Shown: one piece after another, positions 17,082 to 27,445 of the stretch | How the letters are laid out: each line of letters starts with the position of its first letter | How positions within the stretch are numbered: the first letter of the stretch is position 1 | DNA from: a virus | Lineage: Duplodnaviria > Caudoviricetes | DNA: 64,000 bases | Direction: 5' to 3' (one strand) | IMG/VR virus record: IMGVR_UViG_3300029288_000065 | Location: 1 to 64,000 of that record | Notes under the pieces: model-generated | Told to the model about the DNA's origin: nothing | The model's input: the letters and a program-made list of their open reading frames with translations, nothing else | The model's database searches: none | Made by a program: the position numbers and the translations under genes

Positions 17082-19412
17082 ATGGCAGATAAATCTAATA
17101 TTCACCGAGTTTGGGAAGAGTTTTTCGCAGAACGAGTTGAAAAATTACCAACCAGATTCACAGGAACTTATAGGGCAGTAGTTGTTGAAACCAATGACCC
17201 ATTACAATTACATCGTATTAGATTTAAATGTCCAGAATTACATGATTGGAATCTGAAACCTGAAGAATGCCCATGGGCAATTCCAGCGCCACACCTTGGT
17301 GGGTCTGACACAGGATCTTGGGTAAGTCCGCTTATTGATGATATAATTTTTATAACATTTGAGAAAAATCACCCTTATGGTCCAATATATTCAGGTTTTG
17401 CCTCTGGGACAAGACGGAAAAGGTATCCACTTGAATCAATTTTCACAGAATCACCACAATCTGTTGATGCAATGGGTAAGCCTCTTGATAAGCCGTCAGA
17501 TTATCAGACAGATTACCTACCGAAAGATCGTCGTCCTATGTCTCATGGGTGGAGAGATAGATATGGAAATTCAGAGATAAGTTGTTCTGTTGGTTTCTTT
17601 CCAAAAGAGCATGAAGGAGAGACAGCACCAGCTGGGACGGATGCTATTTCGAAAGAAAAGTTTGAAGGTGGTAAGAAACCAGAAATTAATAAGCCAGATA
17701 GAAAATATCTGGCCAAATTATCAAAATATGGGATTTTTGTTGTTCAGTCAGATGTTGGATATTATTGGAAGAAAGACAAGGATGATAAGGATCTTGGTGA
17801 GTTTGATGGTATTGGAGATGCTGAAAAAGAGGGAGGGAAGGATGAGCGAAAGTGGGAGATACAGAGATATTTCTTCTTCCAGCAGTTATTGAATGAGAGT
17901 AAGCCAAATTCTGAGGATAGAGACCAGAGGAGATATGAAATACGAACAAGAGCGGGACATAAATTTGAGATGAGAGATGTTGGTTGGGCTCAGAAAAATG
18001 GTGGTATGTCAGTTAATAAGAAGATTGAAAATGTAAAGTCCAGAATCGAATTGGAAGGTGATCAGAAATATGGTGGAAAGATATTGTCAAAATGGGAGCA
18101 GACTGATGAACGATGGCTTAAATGGAGAACAAAGGGTGGTCATTTAATTCAGTTGATGGACACTGGTTTTCATCCAGAAAAAGATGATTTTTATAAGAGG
18201 AAGCTTCTGGAGGAAACTGGTCCAGATGTTGACCATGAGAAGAGTTCCAATTGGACTGGTAGAGATTCTAGACAGATTAGGATTTTGACAAGATGGGGTG
18301 TCAAATTCGTATTGGATGATCGTGGTTCTCATGCTGCAAAAGCTGATACCAAGGAATCTCCAAGAGCAAATGGTTGGATGCTCAAGAGCCGAAGAAGTTG
18401 GCAAGCAGATCCTGGTGATTCACCACGTGGTTTTGCTATTGAATGTAATGATAAGAATGAATTGAATACCACTAGATGGTATACCCCTAAGAGTAAGATT
18501 ATTGAAATGAATGACCGTAAGGACTACGCAATCTTCTGTACTGATACTGCTTCTGAGATCTCTGAATCATGGAAGGGTCTTGATGAGAATGAGTTTGCTG
18601 TGAAAATAGCTATGACGGAAGACCCAGAGAAGAATACCTATCATCTAAAATTGGATAAGCATAATGGTTATTTGCGTTTGAAGACAGCTGCAGGTGGGGA
18701 TAATGGGCTTAGAACTTTTGAAGAAGATAAGACAAAAGATGACCCAGAATTTCCTGAAAATCAGAAGCAAGAAGCTACTGAACCAATAATGAAGGACGCC
18801 AATACTGGTGAAAATCAGGGATTGGAATGTCGTGACGGTAGAGTTGGTGATGATGGTGCTTGGACTGAGATTGTTGATATTGAGGATCGTGGTTTCTGGT
18901 TCTCGAAACAATATAAATTGGGTATTTGGAGAGCAAGAAAAGATGTAGACATGTATATTGGTTTAAGGGATGATGATCCAGAAGATCCTGAGAATCCAAA
19001 TCCAGAAGAGACTGGTAGACAAATAATTATTATTAGGAATGCTACTGGTAGAGGTCCTATTCAAATTTTCTGTGCTGAAAATGTTGAAATTATTGGTAAT
19101 AATATTGCTTTAAAGGCTTCAAATACTATAACTATGAAAGCAGGGACTGCAATTAATTTTGAAGCTGGTGGGGCTCATGCTCAACTGGTTCCTGGAGCTT
19201 GGAATATGGATGTTCCAGATAATGCTCCCAAACATACAGGCTTCCTTCCATTTGCATTCCCAGGTGCTGGTGCTCAATCTCCAACAGGTGGCAGTTGCGC
19301 AGTAATTGATCCAGCAGAAATTATTGAGGAGAAGCGTGAACCAGTTGACAGGTCAAAAGTCGATAATGAACCTTTTAGTGCGGTTCCTGAAGGTGTAGTG
19401 AAAGGGGAGTAA
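17082..19412 (+). CDS. baseplate central spike, gp5/VgrG-like
   Basis: N-terminal OB fold GTYRAVVVETNDPLQLHRIRFKCP..WA.P; repeated RT..GH beta segments. Confidence 0.8.
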   Translation: MADKSNIHRVWEEFFAERVEKLPTRFTGTYRAVVVETNDPLQLHRIRFKCPELHDWNLKPEECPWAIPAPHLGGSDTGSWVSPLIDDIIFITFEKNHPYGPIYSGFASGTRRKRYPLESIFTESPQSVDAMGKPLDKPSDYQTDYLPKDRRPMSHGWRDRYGNSEISCSVGFFPKEHEGETAPAGTDAISKEKFEGGKKPEINKPDRKYLAKLSKYGIFVVQSDVGYYWKKDKDDKDLGEFDGIGDAEKEGGKDERKWEIQRYFFFQQLLNESKPNSEDRDQRRYEIRTRAGHKFEMRDVGWAQKNGGMSVNKKIENVKSRIELEGDQKYGGKILSKWEQTDERWLKWRTKGGHLIQLMDTGFHPEKDDFYKRKLLEETGPDVDHEKSSNWTGRDSRQIRILTRWGVKFVLDDRGSHAAKADTKESPRANGWMLKSRRSWQADPGDSPRGFAIECNDKNELNTTRWYTPKSKIIEMNDRKDYAIFCTDTASEISESWKGLDENEFAVKIAMTEDPEKNTYHLKLDKHNGYLRLKTAAGGDNGLRTFEEDKTKDDPEFPENQKQEATEPIMKDANTGENQGLECRDGRVGDDGAWTEIVDIEDRGFWFSKQYKLGIWRARKDVDMYIGLRDDDPEDPENPNPEETGRQIIIIRNATGRGPIQIFCAENVEIIGNNIALKASNTITMKAGTAINFEAGGAHAQLVPGAWNMDVPDNAPKHTGFLPFAFPGAGAQSPTGGSCAVIDPAEIIEEKREPVDRSKVDNEPFSAVPEGVVKGE

Positions 19413-20131
19413 TGGTAATAGTAGCTCCTACGGCGTTGTATAATTCTATTCTAAACGCCAATCCATCTAGTACAATCCCAGTAACTTGGGTTATCTCAAG
19501 TCAAGACCCGCCACGATCTACTATAACAGTACCATTATTACCTTGGGGTGTAGAAATTCAGCCATTACCAAAAAATCCTTTCAATCCAGTAATTAGACCA
19601 CCAGACGTAGGAAGTTTTGTCTTTAACGTAAATTATACTAATGCCTCAAAGGTGGGGTCTGGTGATCTTTCATACGAAGCTGGACAGATTCTAACATTCG
19701 ATAATGAAACTGATATTACAGATCAAGTCTCGCAAATAAATGTACCAGAAGTAATAGATCTACAGCAGAATACGAATCTTCTGAGTTTGGAGAAGTTGGG
19801 ATTAACGAATGAGGAAATTGTAAATCTGGAAACACAGACTCGGACCAAGATGAACGCGTTGGTGACTCTGATAAACAGTCAGAGGATGCAAGCAAATCAG
19901 AAGGAAATAGATATAAAGAGTAATCAGAAATTAATTAATGAGAACGAGAAAACATTGGCGGCGGCTGTAGTTGTTTTGTCGGCGACTGATCCTATTGTAA
20001 TAAAATTGACAACCAATAATACTTTATTGGTAGCTCAACGCACAAAACTTGTCGACGAGTTAAATGTAATTATTACTGAAATGAATTCGAATTATAATCT
20101 ATTGTTAAATGTGAAGGAGATTGTTAGATGA
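19412..20131 (+). CDS. hypothetical baseplate-region protein
   Basis: translationally coupled; C-terminal coiled coil. Confidence 0.6.
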   Translation: MVIVAPTALYNSILNANPSSTIPVTWVISSQDPPRSTITVPLLPWGVEIQPLPKNPFNPVIRPPDVGSFVFNVNYTNASKVGSGDLSYEAGQILTFDNETDITDQVSQINVPEVIDLQQNTNLLSLEKLGLTNEEIVNLETQTRTKMNALVTLINSQRMQANQKEIDIKSNQKLINENEKTLAAAVVVLSATDPIVIKLTTNNTLLVAQRTKLVDELNVIITEMNSNYNLLLNVKEIVR

Positions 20132-20589
20132 GCAATTTATCAGCTGCACGAAATCAAAATCTTTGGTTCGGTTACAATGCGCCATTTATTGGTGGAAATG
20201 AGGGTGTTGTTTCTAGACAAGTCGATGAGAAATTAATTAAGAATGATCTTCTTCAATTACTTCTAACGTCACCTGGTGATAGAGTGATGCGTCCTTCTTT
20301 TGGTACTGGAATTCGGAAATTTGTTTTTGAGTTGATAACCACCGAAACTATTGAAACTCTGAGACAAAGTATACAGGATGCAGTTGATACTTATGAACCA
20401 CGGGTTACTGTTTCTAGTATTGATATTGATACTTCTAATCAGGATAATAATGTTGTTCAGATTAAGTTATTTGGATATTTTAATTTGGATAAGTATAATA
20501 CTAATCCTAATAATGCACAATTGTTAGTGGAGTTAAAGGTACCACTTAACCAGCTTGGACAAGCGACGACACAGGTGGCTAGATCATGA
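20128..20589 (+). CDS. baseplate wedge subunit gp25-like
   Basis: LLLTSPGDRVMRPSFGTG..FE..YEPRV. Confidence 0.9.
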   Translation: MSNLSAARNQNLWFGYNAPFIGGNEGVVSRQVDEKLIKNDLLQLLLTSPGDRVMRPSFGTGIRKFVFELITTETIETLRQSIQDAVDTYEPRVTVSSIDIDTSNQDNNVVQIKLFGYFNLDKYNTNPNNAQLLVELKVPLNQLGQATTQVARS

Positions 20590-22301
20590 GTGAAGACACA
20601 ACCAAGTATGTGTTCCAAACTCCAAATTCTCCGGAAGAATTTGGTGTAGTGCTGCCACTCCCAGAGTTGCGGCGTTTGGATTTTTCTGCACTTGATTATC
20701 AAACGATGTTAAGAGCTGGGATTGAATATATTAGAACATATCATCCAAACGATTTCAATGATTTCTTTGCAAGCAATGGTTTAATAATGACGCTTGAATT
20801 GGTGTCATTCCTTGCTAATGTTGTTACAGAGCGTGGTGATATTATCGCAGATGAGAGTTATATTCCAACCGCACAGACCAAAGAAGCTGTTTCACAGCAT
20901 TTGGCTCTAATTAACCAACAAATAGAGAAAGCTACACCAGCAACTGTTGATGTACAAGTTACAGTAGCAAATCAACTGACAACTGAACTTAGAATTACAC
21001 CAGGTGTTATTTTCAGCTTCGCTGGACCAGATGGTCAGCCTGTGTACTATGAGGTTTTTAGAGCTCCTGGTGATTTTACATCTGATATTTCTATTCCTCC
21101 AGGGAAGCGTGGTGTTGTTGCTTTCGGGATTGAAGGGAAATTCGGTAGTGATGTTTCGGTTGTTTCCAATGGTGGTACTGACCAATTTATTGATATTACA
21201 GGTCTCGATGTTCTTGATGCTCCGATTTTTGTTACTGTTCAGACCGGTGCTGATACTCCCAGGGAATGGCAGAGAGTTGATATTATTGAGAAATCCAAAC
21301 CACAAGATGAAGTCTTTGAAGTTGTCGTGATGGATAATGGAGTTAGGATAAAATTTGGAAATAATATTGCCGGGAAAGCTCCATTGGCGGGTGAACAGAT
21401 TGTTGTTAGATATAGAAATGGTGGTGGTGTTCGTGGTAGGATTGGCGCCAATATTATAAATGAAACTCGTTCATACAATCCTACTGCTCCTGTTTCTGCT
21501 GCAGTTGATGTCCTTTTTAGGAATCCTACACCGTCGCAAGGCGGTACTGATGAGGAGACCATTGAGGACGCAAAGAAGCGTGCTCCAAAAGAATTTGCAA
21601 CTCACGAAAGTGCAACCACTGGCGAAGATTATAGTGTATTGGCTTCAACGTACAGTCATCCTGTTTTCGGCTCTGTAGCCAAAGCAATTGGTACGATCAG
21701 GACGGGTATCGAGGGCGATCCCACTACTGTTGTTGAACAGATTAGAGCCGCTCCTACTGTTTCAGCTGGTGTTCAGATTTTGTTGAATGAATATGTGAAT
21801 AGGAATATTGTTGAAGTTTATGTTTTGGCTGAAGGATCTGATGGTACTCCAGTAAAGCCCAATACTGGGTTGAAGACTGGGTTGATTTCTTTCTTTAGTG
21901 AAATTAATGTGTTGACTGATGAAATTAGAATTCTTGATGGTCAAGTAAAGTACGTTGATGTTCAGGCCGTTATAGTTATGAGTAGAAATGCTGATGCTGG
22001 TACAGTAAAAGTTGGCGTGAATGCAGCGATTATAGATTTCTTTAATATTGATAATTGGGATATGGGGACTCCATTGTATTTGTCAAATCTTTACGATGTA
22101 ATTTCAAATGTTCCTGGTGTGAAGTATGCCAATATTTTTAAACCAGATGATAATATTATTCTTGTTAGCGATCTATCTTCGGCTTCTGGGGTTCGTTTTA
22201 ATGAAGTAATAGCACTTGGTAATGTTGATTTGAAGTTCTACTTTGAACAGGGTAGTTTCAAAACTCCGCCTGTTGGTCAACGTAACTTGACAGCAATTTA
22301 A
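20586..22301 (+). CDS. baseplate wedge subunit gp6/baseplate J-like
   Basis: LDFSALDY, IKFGNNIAGKAP, YRNGGG..G, GGTDEETIEDAKKRAP. Confidence 0.88.
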   Translation: MSEDTTKYVFQTPNSPEEFGVVLPLPELRRLDFSALDYQTMLRAGIEYIRTYHPNDFNDFFASNGLIMTLELVSFLANVVTERGDIIADESYIPTAQTKEAVSQHLALINQQIEKATPATVDVQVTVANQLTTELRITPGVIFSFAGPDGQPVYYEVFRAPGDFTSDISIPPGKRGVVAFGIEGKFGSDVSVVSNGGTDQFIDITGLDVLDAPIFVTVQTGADTPREWQRVDIIEKSKPQDEVFEVVVMDNGVRIKFGNNIAGKAPLAGEQIVVRYRNGGGVRGRIGANIINETRSYNPTAPVSAAVDVLFRNPTPSQGGTDEETIEDAKKRAPKEFATHESATTGEDYSVLASTYSHPVFGSVAKAIGTIRTGIEGDPTTVVEQIRAAPTVSAGVQILLNEYVNRNIVEVYVLAEGSDGTPVKPNTGLKTGLISFFSEINVLTDEIRILDGQVKYVDVQAVIVMSRNADAGTVKVGVNAAIIDFFNIDNWDMGTPLYLSNLYDVISNVPGVKYANIFKPDDNIILVSDLSSASGVRFNEVIALGNVDLKFYFEQGSFKTPPVGQRNLTAI

Positions 22302-22344
22302 GATTTCAAAAATGTTGGTATAAACGTCTTGGGATGGAGTAAAA

Positions 22345-22893
22345 ATGGATATCGTCGATTGCCTTAGAAATATTCAGAATTTGAAGAAACGGTTGAAAAA
22401 CATATCGACCGTTATTGGTGATACACATTTGGTAAATGAAATTACCGCGCTGAATTGTCTTATTGATGAAACTGTGAAAACGAAGTTTACAACTGTTATT
22501 ATGATTATAGGACATCCTGAAAGTTTTGCTGATATAGAGTTACCAAAATGGGAGATTGATCATAGTACCACTATTATGATATGTATAGATCCATCAAAAT
22601 TTGTTATTTCGTTACTTCGTAAATATTTTAGACCGGAAGGGTCACCAGATCATGAGGTTGACGTAGGACCTTTAGGATGTTTGTGCGATTGGTACTACGT
22701 AACATGTGATAAGCAATATAAGTACCGAAAAGCATTCTATTTGGAGGGTTTGATATCAAATGATGACCTAACTGAATTTGGAAGAAAAGGGATTAATTCC
22801 AGACTCAAGAAATGGCTAGTGGATTTTTACAAGACAGCCTCAATTGTGATGAGATTGTCTTCAAGTCAAAAGAAAGAAGGAGAAGTAAAATGA
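22345..22893 (+). CDS. hypothetical protein
   Basis: SD GGAG; coupled to NYN gene. Confidence 0.55.
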   Translation: MDIVDCLRNIQNLKKRLKNISTVIGDTHLVNEITALNCLIDETVKTKFTTVIMIIGHPESFADIELPKWEIDHSTTIMICIDPSKFVISLLRKYFRPEGSPDHEVDVGPLGCLCDWYYVTCDKQYKYRKAFYLEGLISNDDLTEFGRKGINSRLKKWLVDFYKTASIVMRLSSSQKKEGEVK

Positions 22894-23645
22894 GTGAGAA
22901 CCAGAAGCAGTCCCACGGTGGACGAATCGGGATCTTTATCGATGTACAGAATATGTTCTATTCTGCTAAGATCCTCCACCAAAGCAAGGTCGATTATGGT
23001 CGTCTTCTAAAGGACCTGACCGGTGATCGTCAGTTGGTGAGAGCAATTGCGTACATCGTCCAGAAACCTGAAGTAAACCAATCAGGATTCCATGAAGCCC
23101 TTTCTCGCTTCGGATACGACCTGAAGATCAAGGAACTAAAGATCTCTCAGAGGAATGATGGTTCTGGCGGCACTGTTGCTAAGGGGTCCTGGGATGTTGG
23201 TCTGACGATCGATGTCATGATGATGGCACCGAAGTTGGATACGATTGTTCTGGTAACTGGTGACGGTGAGTATCTTCCGTTGGTTGAGGCGGTGAAAGTT
23301 CTTGGTTGTCGTGTTGAATTGGTTAGTTTCGAGAGGTCCACGTCTGGTGGGCTTATTCGAGCTGCTGATTACTACACGCCAATTACTGAGTCGTGGATTT
23401 TCAAAGAAAAGAAATTTGAGCAACAGGCGGCTGCACCAACTGAAGATGGGAATGGGAATGGTGGTCTTCTTGGTTCAACTGCTGCTGGTCAGATCCACAA
23501 GGACGCTCTTCCGAAGGATGAAGAAGTTCCTGTTTCTGCTGGAACTTATGATCCTGAGAAGGTTGCTGCTGGTGACGATGATGGTCCTCAACCAACTTCG
23601 AATGAATCTTCTTCTCGTAAGAAGAAATTCGGGCTTTTTGGCTAA
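22890..23645 (+). CDS. NYN (LabA/DUF88, PIN-like) domain protein
   Basis: IFIDVQNMFY, KGSWDVGLTID, LVTGDGEYLPLV...G.RVE. Confidence 0.88.
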   Translation: MSENQKQSHGGRIGIFIDVQNMFYSAKILHQSKVDYGRLLKDLTGDRQLVRAIAYIVQKPEVNQSGFHEALSRFGYDLKIKELKISQRNDGSGGTVAKGSWDVGLTIDVMMMAPKLDTIVLVTGDGEYLPLVEAVKVLGCRVELVSFERSTSGGLIRAADYYTPITESWIFKEKKFEQQAAAPTEDGNGNGGLLGSTAAGQIHKDALPKDEEVPVSAGTYDPEKVAAGDDDGPQPTSNESSSRKKKFGLFG

Positions 23646-23672
23646 CCAATAAGATTTGAGGTTTGGACCGCA

Positions 23673-23708
23673 GGGCGACGACGCTTCTTTAGGTCGTCGC
23701 CCATTTTT
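23673..23708 (+). terminator. intrinsic terminator
   Basis: GGGCGACGAC/GTCGTCGCCC stem followed by a T-run. Confidence 0.75.
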
Positions 23709-23795
23709 ATTTCTCTTTTTGCGAAATCTAATTTCCGCGCAAAAATAAATTGAAGCAGGACGGAGAAACAGGGTCCCTTTTAGGGAGGAAAGAAA

Positions 23796-24185
23796 ATGCC
23801 AGCTGCACAACCAGCAAACACCCAGATTTCGGTTTTCCGGAGGGTGAAGGCATTCCGGGCCAACTACCGCCACACGACCATCAAGCACCTGACCACGCCA
23901 TGGGAGAGATTCCTGGTATCGGTCCCAGGTGAGGAAGTTGACACGGTCGAGCATCGTGATGCGACTTTCCGAACGGATGCCTTCCGTTTTGGTCATCCAG
24001 TTACGGTGTCGCCACGCACGATTCCGACACTGGCAGCAGTGGTTGCAGCGGTTCCTGGTGTCAAGCTTGTCTCTCTCGTTGGCAATCCGAGAGAAGTGCA
24101 GCTTGAGAACACGGAAGCGCACAAGACCGACGAGCTGTTCCAGGAAGTGGCAGCCGTTGGATCTGGTGTTGCATTCACTGACTAA
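23796..24185 (+). CDS. hypothetical, probably abundant virion protein
   Basis: strong SD GGAGG, capsid-like C/G-ending codons, upstream CAAAAATA motif, downstream hairpin. Confidence 0.65.
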   Translation: MPAAQPANTQISVFRRVKAFRANYRHTTIKHLTTPWERFLVSVPGEEVDTVEHRDATFRTDAFRFGHPVTVSPRTIPTLAAVVAAVPGVKLVSLVGNPREVQLENTEAHKTDELFQEVAAVGSGVAFTD

Positions 24186-24200
24186 TCCAAATCTGGAAAC

Positions 24201-24235
24201 ATTGTGGTACGGGACTAATAATCCCGTACCACAAT
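24201..24235 (+). terminator. 14-bp hairpin (terminator or mRNA stabiliser)
   Basis: ATTGTGGTACGGGA/TCCCGTACCACAAT. Confidence 0.6.
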
Positions 24236-24250
24236 TCTGGAGCATGAGTA

Positions 24251-24766
24251 ATGCCAAATCTATCAGATGCTCCTGGCAGTCCACCAACTGGCGTTCTGGT
24301 AGACCACCACGTTCCATTTACAGCGTTCCTCAGAGCCAACCCAGTACGTGGAAAGCGGCTTGAAACATACGAAAGTCTCAAACGAGAATCCAATATTATA
24401 GAAATTATGCTTGAAAGCGCTTGTGATGGTGTAACATATCCTATAACCTTTGATTTTGCCAAACCAGTAGCATTTACACCACAATTTGGCAACTCCCCAT
24501 CCAGATTCACTATACATGGTCATGCCTGTGTCAGAAATGATTTTGCTAATAATCCTATTGGCAATCGATATGTTGATGCAGACAATAAAATAATGCAGGG
24601 ACCAGCGGCAAGTAACAACAGTAATAGAACCCCAGACCCACAAGTGAATTCAATAGCAGAAGAATTGCGAGCTCTACTTGAAACCAGAACAGGTTTACAC
24701 GTTTTCAAACTAAGAGTTGCTGGAATTGTTTACGGCGACAAGGGCGTACATTTCCCATTGGGGTAA
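24251..24766 (+). CDS. hypothetical protein
   Basis: 171-aa ORF in late region. Confidence 0.6.
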   Translation: MPNLSDAPGSPPTGVLVDHHVPFTAFLRANPVRGKRLETYESLKRESNIIEIMLESACDGVTYPITFDFAKPVAFTPQFGNSPSRFTIHGHACVRNDFANNPIGNRYVDADNKIMQGPAASNNSNRTPDPQVNSIAEELRALLETRTGLHVFKLRVAGIVYGDKGVHFPLG

Positions 24767-24767
24767 T

Positions 24768-24935
24768 ATGTGCTGCTCAAATAGCAAAGGTCTGGTTTCT
24801 CAACCAAACACAGCAATCAATAACCAAAAACTAAAGAAGCTCCTAAGACAAAATATTTCGGTACAACACTCTCTCAGATTAAACACCAGAGAATTAAACA
24901 AGATGATTCTTGGTAGATTATCTAGTAAGAAATAA
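24768..24935 (+). CDS. small basic hypothetical protein
   Basis: MCCSN... ORF filling the intergenic gap. Confidence 0.4.
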   Translation: MCCSNSKGLVSQPNTAINNQKLKKLLRQNISVQHSLRLNTRELNKMILGRLSSKK

Positions 24936-24960
24936 TCAAAAATATACGGGAGAAATAAAA

Positions 24961-25698
24961 ATGGCGATTCTTGGGCCACCACAACTTCCAACTATCCTAA
25001 AACTTAACATGGACCCTATGAAGTTTGAAATTTTATCAACACTTGGTCATCCGACTGTTATGGTAGAACTAACTGAGACGCAACTTGAACAAGCAATAAG
25101 AACTACAGGTGATTTCATTTCTCAATATTTTCCCAGAGAACAAAAATATGCATACTTTTACACACAACCACTGATTTCAGAATATGATCTACCAGCAGAT
25201 GCTTATTACGTTCAAGATGTGAAATGGGATCCTGCTACAACTAGAATTGGCGATATTTTCGGTGCTGAGAGTTTCTTGTTCAACGTTGGTAATGTGACTG
25301 GTATCCAAAATATTCTTCTTGATTATCATTTACTCCAGGCGTATAGGAAGTTCAGTCAGAGAGTTCTTGCTACTGAAGGCCAGTGGGAAGTACGAGGTGA
25401 TAATAAGATTCGACTTTTCCCAACTCCACGTGGTCAGTTTCCAGTTGTTGTTGAATATATGCCACATGTCCAGCATTTTAGTCCAATGTCCAGAGAAGTT
25501 ATCAAGAGGATGTTGGTTGCTGAAGCTAAGATCATACTTGGTAACGTTCGTAGCAAATTTGGTACTCTTCCTTCTCCGGATGGTGGATCTCTTCAGTTGA
25601 ATGGTGATGCTCTTAGGACTGAGGGTATGGAGGAGAAAAAACAAGCTTTGGAAGATGCTATTGCACTTGGAGAGCCATCACCAATCATTCTTTGGTAA
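24961..25698 (+). CDS. neck/head-tail adaptor gp13-like
   Basis: LGHPTVMVELTETQLE, LGNVRSKF..LPSPDGGSLQLNGDAL. Confidence 0.8.
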   Translation: MAILGPPQLPTILKLNMDPMKFEILSTLGHPTVMVELTETQLEQAIRTTGDFISQYFPREQKYAYFYTQPLISEYDLPADAYYVQDVKWDPATTRIGDIFGAESFLFNVGNVTGIQNILLDYHLLQAYRKFSQRVLATEGQWEVRGDNKIRLFPTPRGQFPVVVEYMPHVQHFSPMSREVIKRMLVAEAKIILGNVRSKFGTLPSPDGGSLQLNGDALRTEGMEEKKQALEDAIALGEPSPIILW

Positions 25699-25990
25699 AT
25701 GCGTAAAGTTGTCTTTCTTCAAATTTTTCATCGTCATAGATTGGTATAATGAGTTTGGCTTCTAACCAAATAGTCATTAGCTGTTTCAATGTCTCGGGAT
25801 AATCGACAACGTCGAGGTTTTTTACGACGTAAACAAGCCACCTTTGCATATCACACTTTCTGAAGTAGTAAAAGGTATTTCTGATTGATCTAAGTCCAAC
25901 TCTTGCTTCTCTTGCTCTCCACCTTTTGAAGGCTTCAAGTAGTTGTTCTGGGTCGCATTTGGGATCTTGTATATCGAATGTAATATCCAT
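25685..25990 (-). CDS. hypothetical protein (DPxxDP family)
   Basis: FDIQDPKCDPEQLLEAFKRW. Confidence 0.6.
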   Translation of the reverse strand: MDITFDIQDPKCDPEQLLEAFKRWRAREARVGLRSIRNTFYYFRKCDMQRWLVYVVKNLDVVDYPETLKQLMTIWLEAKLIIPIYDDEKFEERQLYAFTKE

Positions 25991-26015
25991 GAGTTTTTGT
26001 ATCCAAAAATAAAGT

Positions 26016-26492
26016 ATGAGCAATGCAACCGTACAAAATAAGTTGGAAGTTAGACCTGATGGATATGTGCAGATACCTGGTTGTGAACCAATTTCTAGCT
26101 TGACATCTCTAAGATTGTCTCAGGAAATGTATTGTCCGAATTCTCTTATAAAGGTTGATGATCTTCTTAGATGTATACCTGGTGCCAAATTAATTAGAGT
26201 CCACACGCCAATGGGTCACCTTGGTAGTGGATTTTTTGTTATTCTTCCATCCGGTCCTCCTCCAAATGAGAATCAATGTGATTGTAACCCAGATTGGTAT
26301 AAGATTATGAAGGAGTGTGTTCCTGCATCTACTCCGAAGGGCATGCCAGAGTGTTCTGGATTTAATTACAATCCTTGTGTGACTGAAATTGATCCTTTTA
26401 AGAAATCGAGAGACCCCGAAGCACGACCAAATTCTAGACCTTTAAGTAATCAATTATTGAATTTGTTTCCACCACCAGGTGTTGTTACATAA
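26016..26492 (+). CDS. Cys/Pro-rich hypothetical protein
   Basis: no SD; CAAAAATA 4 nt upstream of ATG. Confidence 0.6.
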   Translation: MSNATVQNKLEVRPDGYVQIPGCEPISSLTSLRLSQEMYCPNSLIKVDDLLRCIPGAKLIRVHTPMGHLGSGFFVILPSGPPPNENQCDCNPDWYKIMKECVPASTPKGMPECSGFNYNPCVTEIDPFKKSRDPEARPNSRPLSNQLLNLFPPPGVVT

Positions 26493-26796
26493 TAATCATT
26501 CGTCGTCCAAGTCCTACTTTTTCTGTTTGTCTTGGTTGTGGTTTTGGTTTTTTCCTAAATGGTTGCACATATGCTGATTTTGGGAGAATTGAGACTCTTG
26601 TTGGGACTTGATCGTATGGTTGGTATGGCATTTCGTGATATCTGTAGTTGTCATAATGATAGCGATCCCATTCTTCTTGTAGGTTTCGTCTTTGTCGTGG
26701 TCGATCTGGTATTATTTGTGTTTTAACCGATGGTTTTAGACCATTATTTGTAGTTATATCTTCAGTCATCATTTGAGCTATTTGCTCTGGCGTCAT
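26485..26796 (-). CDS. hypothetical protein
   Basis: SD GAGG, upstream minus-strand CAAAAATA. Confidence 0.55.
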   Translation of the reverse strand: MTPEQIAQMMTEDITTNNGLKPSVKTQIIPDRPRQRRNLQEEWDRYHYDNYRYHEMPYQPYDQVPTRVSILPKSAYVQPFRKKPKPQPRQTEKVGLGRRMIIM

Positions 26797-26824
26797 ATTA
26801 ATCCTCAAACATATTTTTGAGGGA

Positions 26825-27445
26825 ATGATTATGGGTTTATATAATATTGATGGTCATCAACAATTCATTTCGATAGACAATGTACCAGATAATCGTTCGG
26901 ATGCAGAAAAAGAAAATTCCATGCTTTCTGTGTATAATCAGCAGAATAATGATATAGCCCTAATGGAACGTCAAATTGAAGAAATGATTAATATCACAGG
27001 TGCCCCGACCACAGTATTTCGGAGGGTTAGAAATCAAGCAAATAAGGATGAAATTTGGGACGAGGATGCAGACCCAACGTACCAAAAGGGGATAAAGATT
27101 AAGGGATTATTTGTCCCACAACCGGCAGAAGCTGCATTGACTAGATATGGAATTGATTCTCAGAATCAGATGACTATCCATTATAGTCGAGCCAATGTTT
27201 TAAAGATATTTGGTAAATTAATGATTGCTGAAGGTGATATTATCATTGTTCCTCATAATACATTGACTGTTACACAGACAACTGATCTCCGAGATGGTGT
27301 TGGTAATAGGATGGATAGGTATAGGGTTATAAAATCAAGTGATACTGTGAATTTCAAATATCGTTGGATGTATTGGAGTTGTGTCCTTGAGAATCTTACT
27401 GGTGACACCAGTATTGATGTTGAATTTTCAAAGGAGTTTGCCTAA
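26825..27445 (+). CDS. neck protein gp14-like (head closure)
   Basis: EMINITGAP..VF, DEIWDED, LTRYGID, EGDII.VP. Confidence 0.65.
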   Translation: MIMGLYNIDGHQQFISIDNVPDNRSDAEKENSMLSVYNQQNNDIALMERQIEEMINITGAPTTVFRRVRNQANKDEIWDEDADPTYQKGIKIKGLFVPQPAEAALTRYGIDSQNQMTIHYSRANVLKIFGKLMIAEGDIIIVPHNTLTVTQTTDLRDGVGNRMDRYRVIKSSDTVNFKYRWMYWSCVLENLTGDTSIDVEFSKEFA

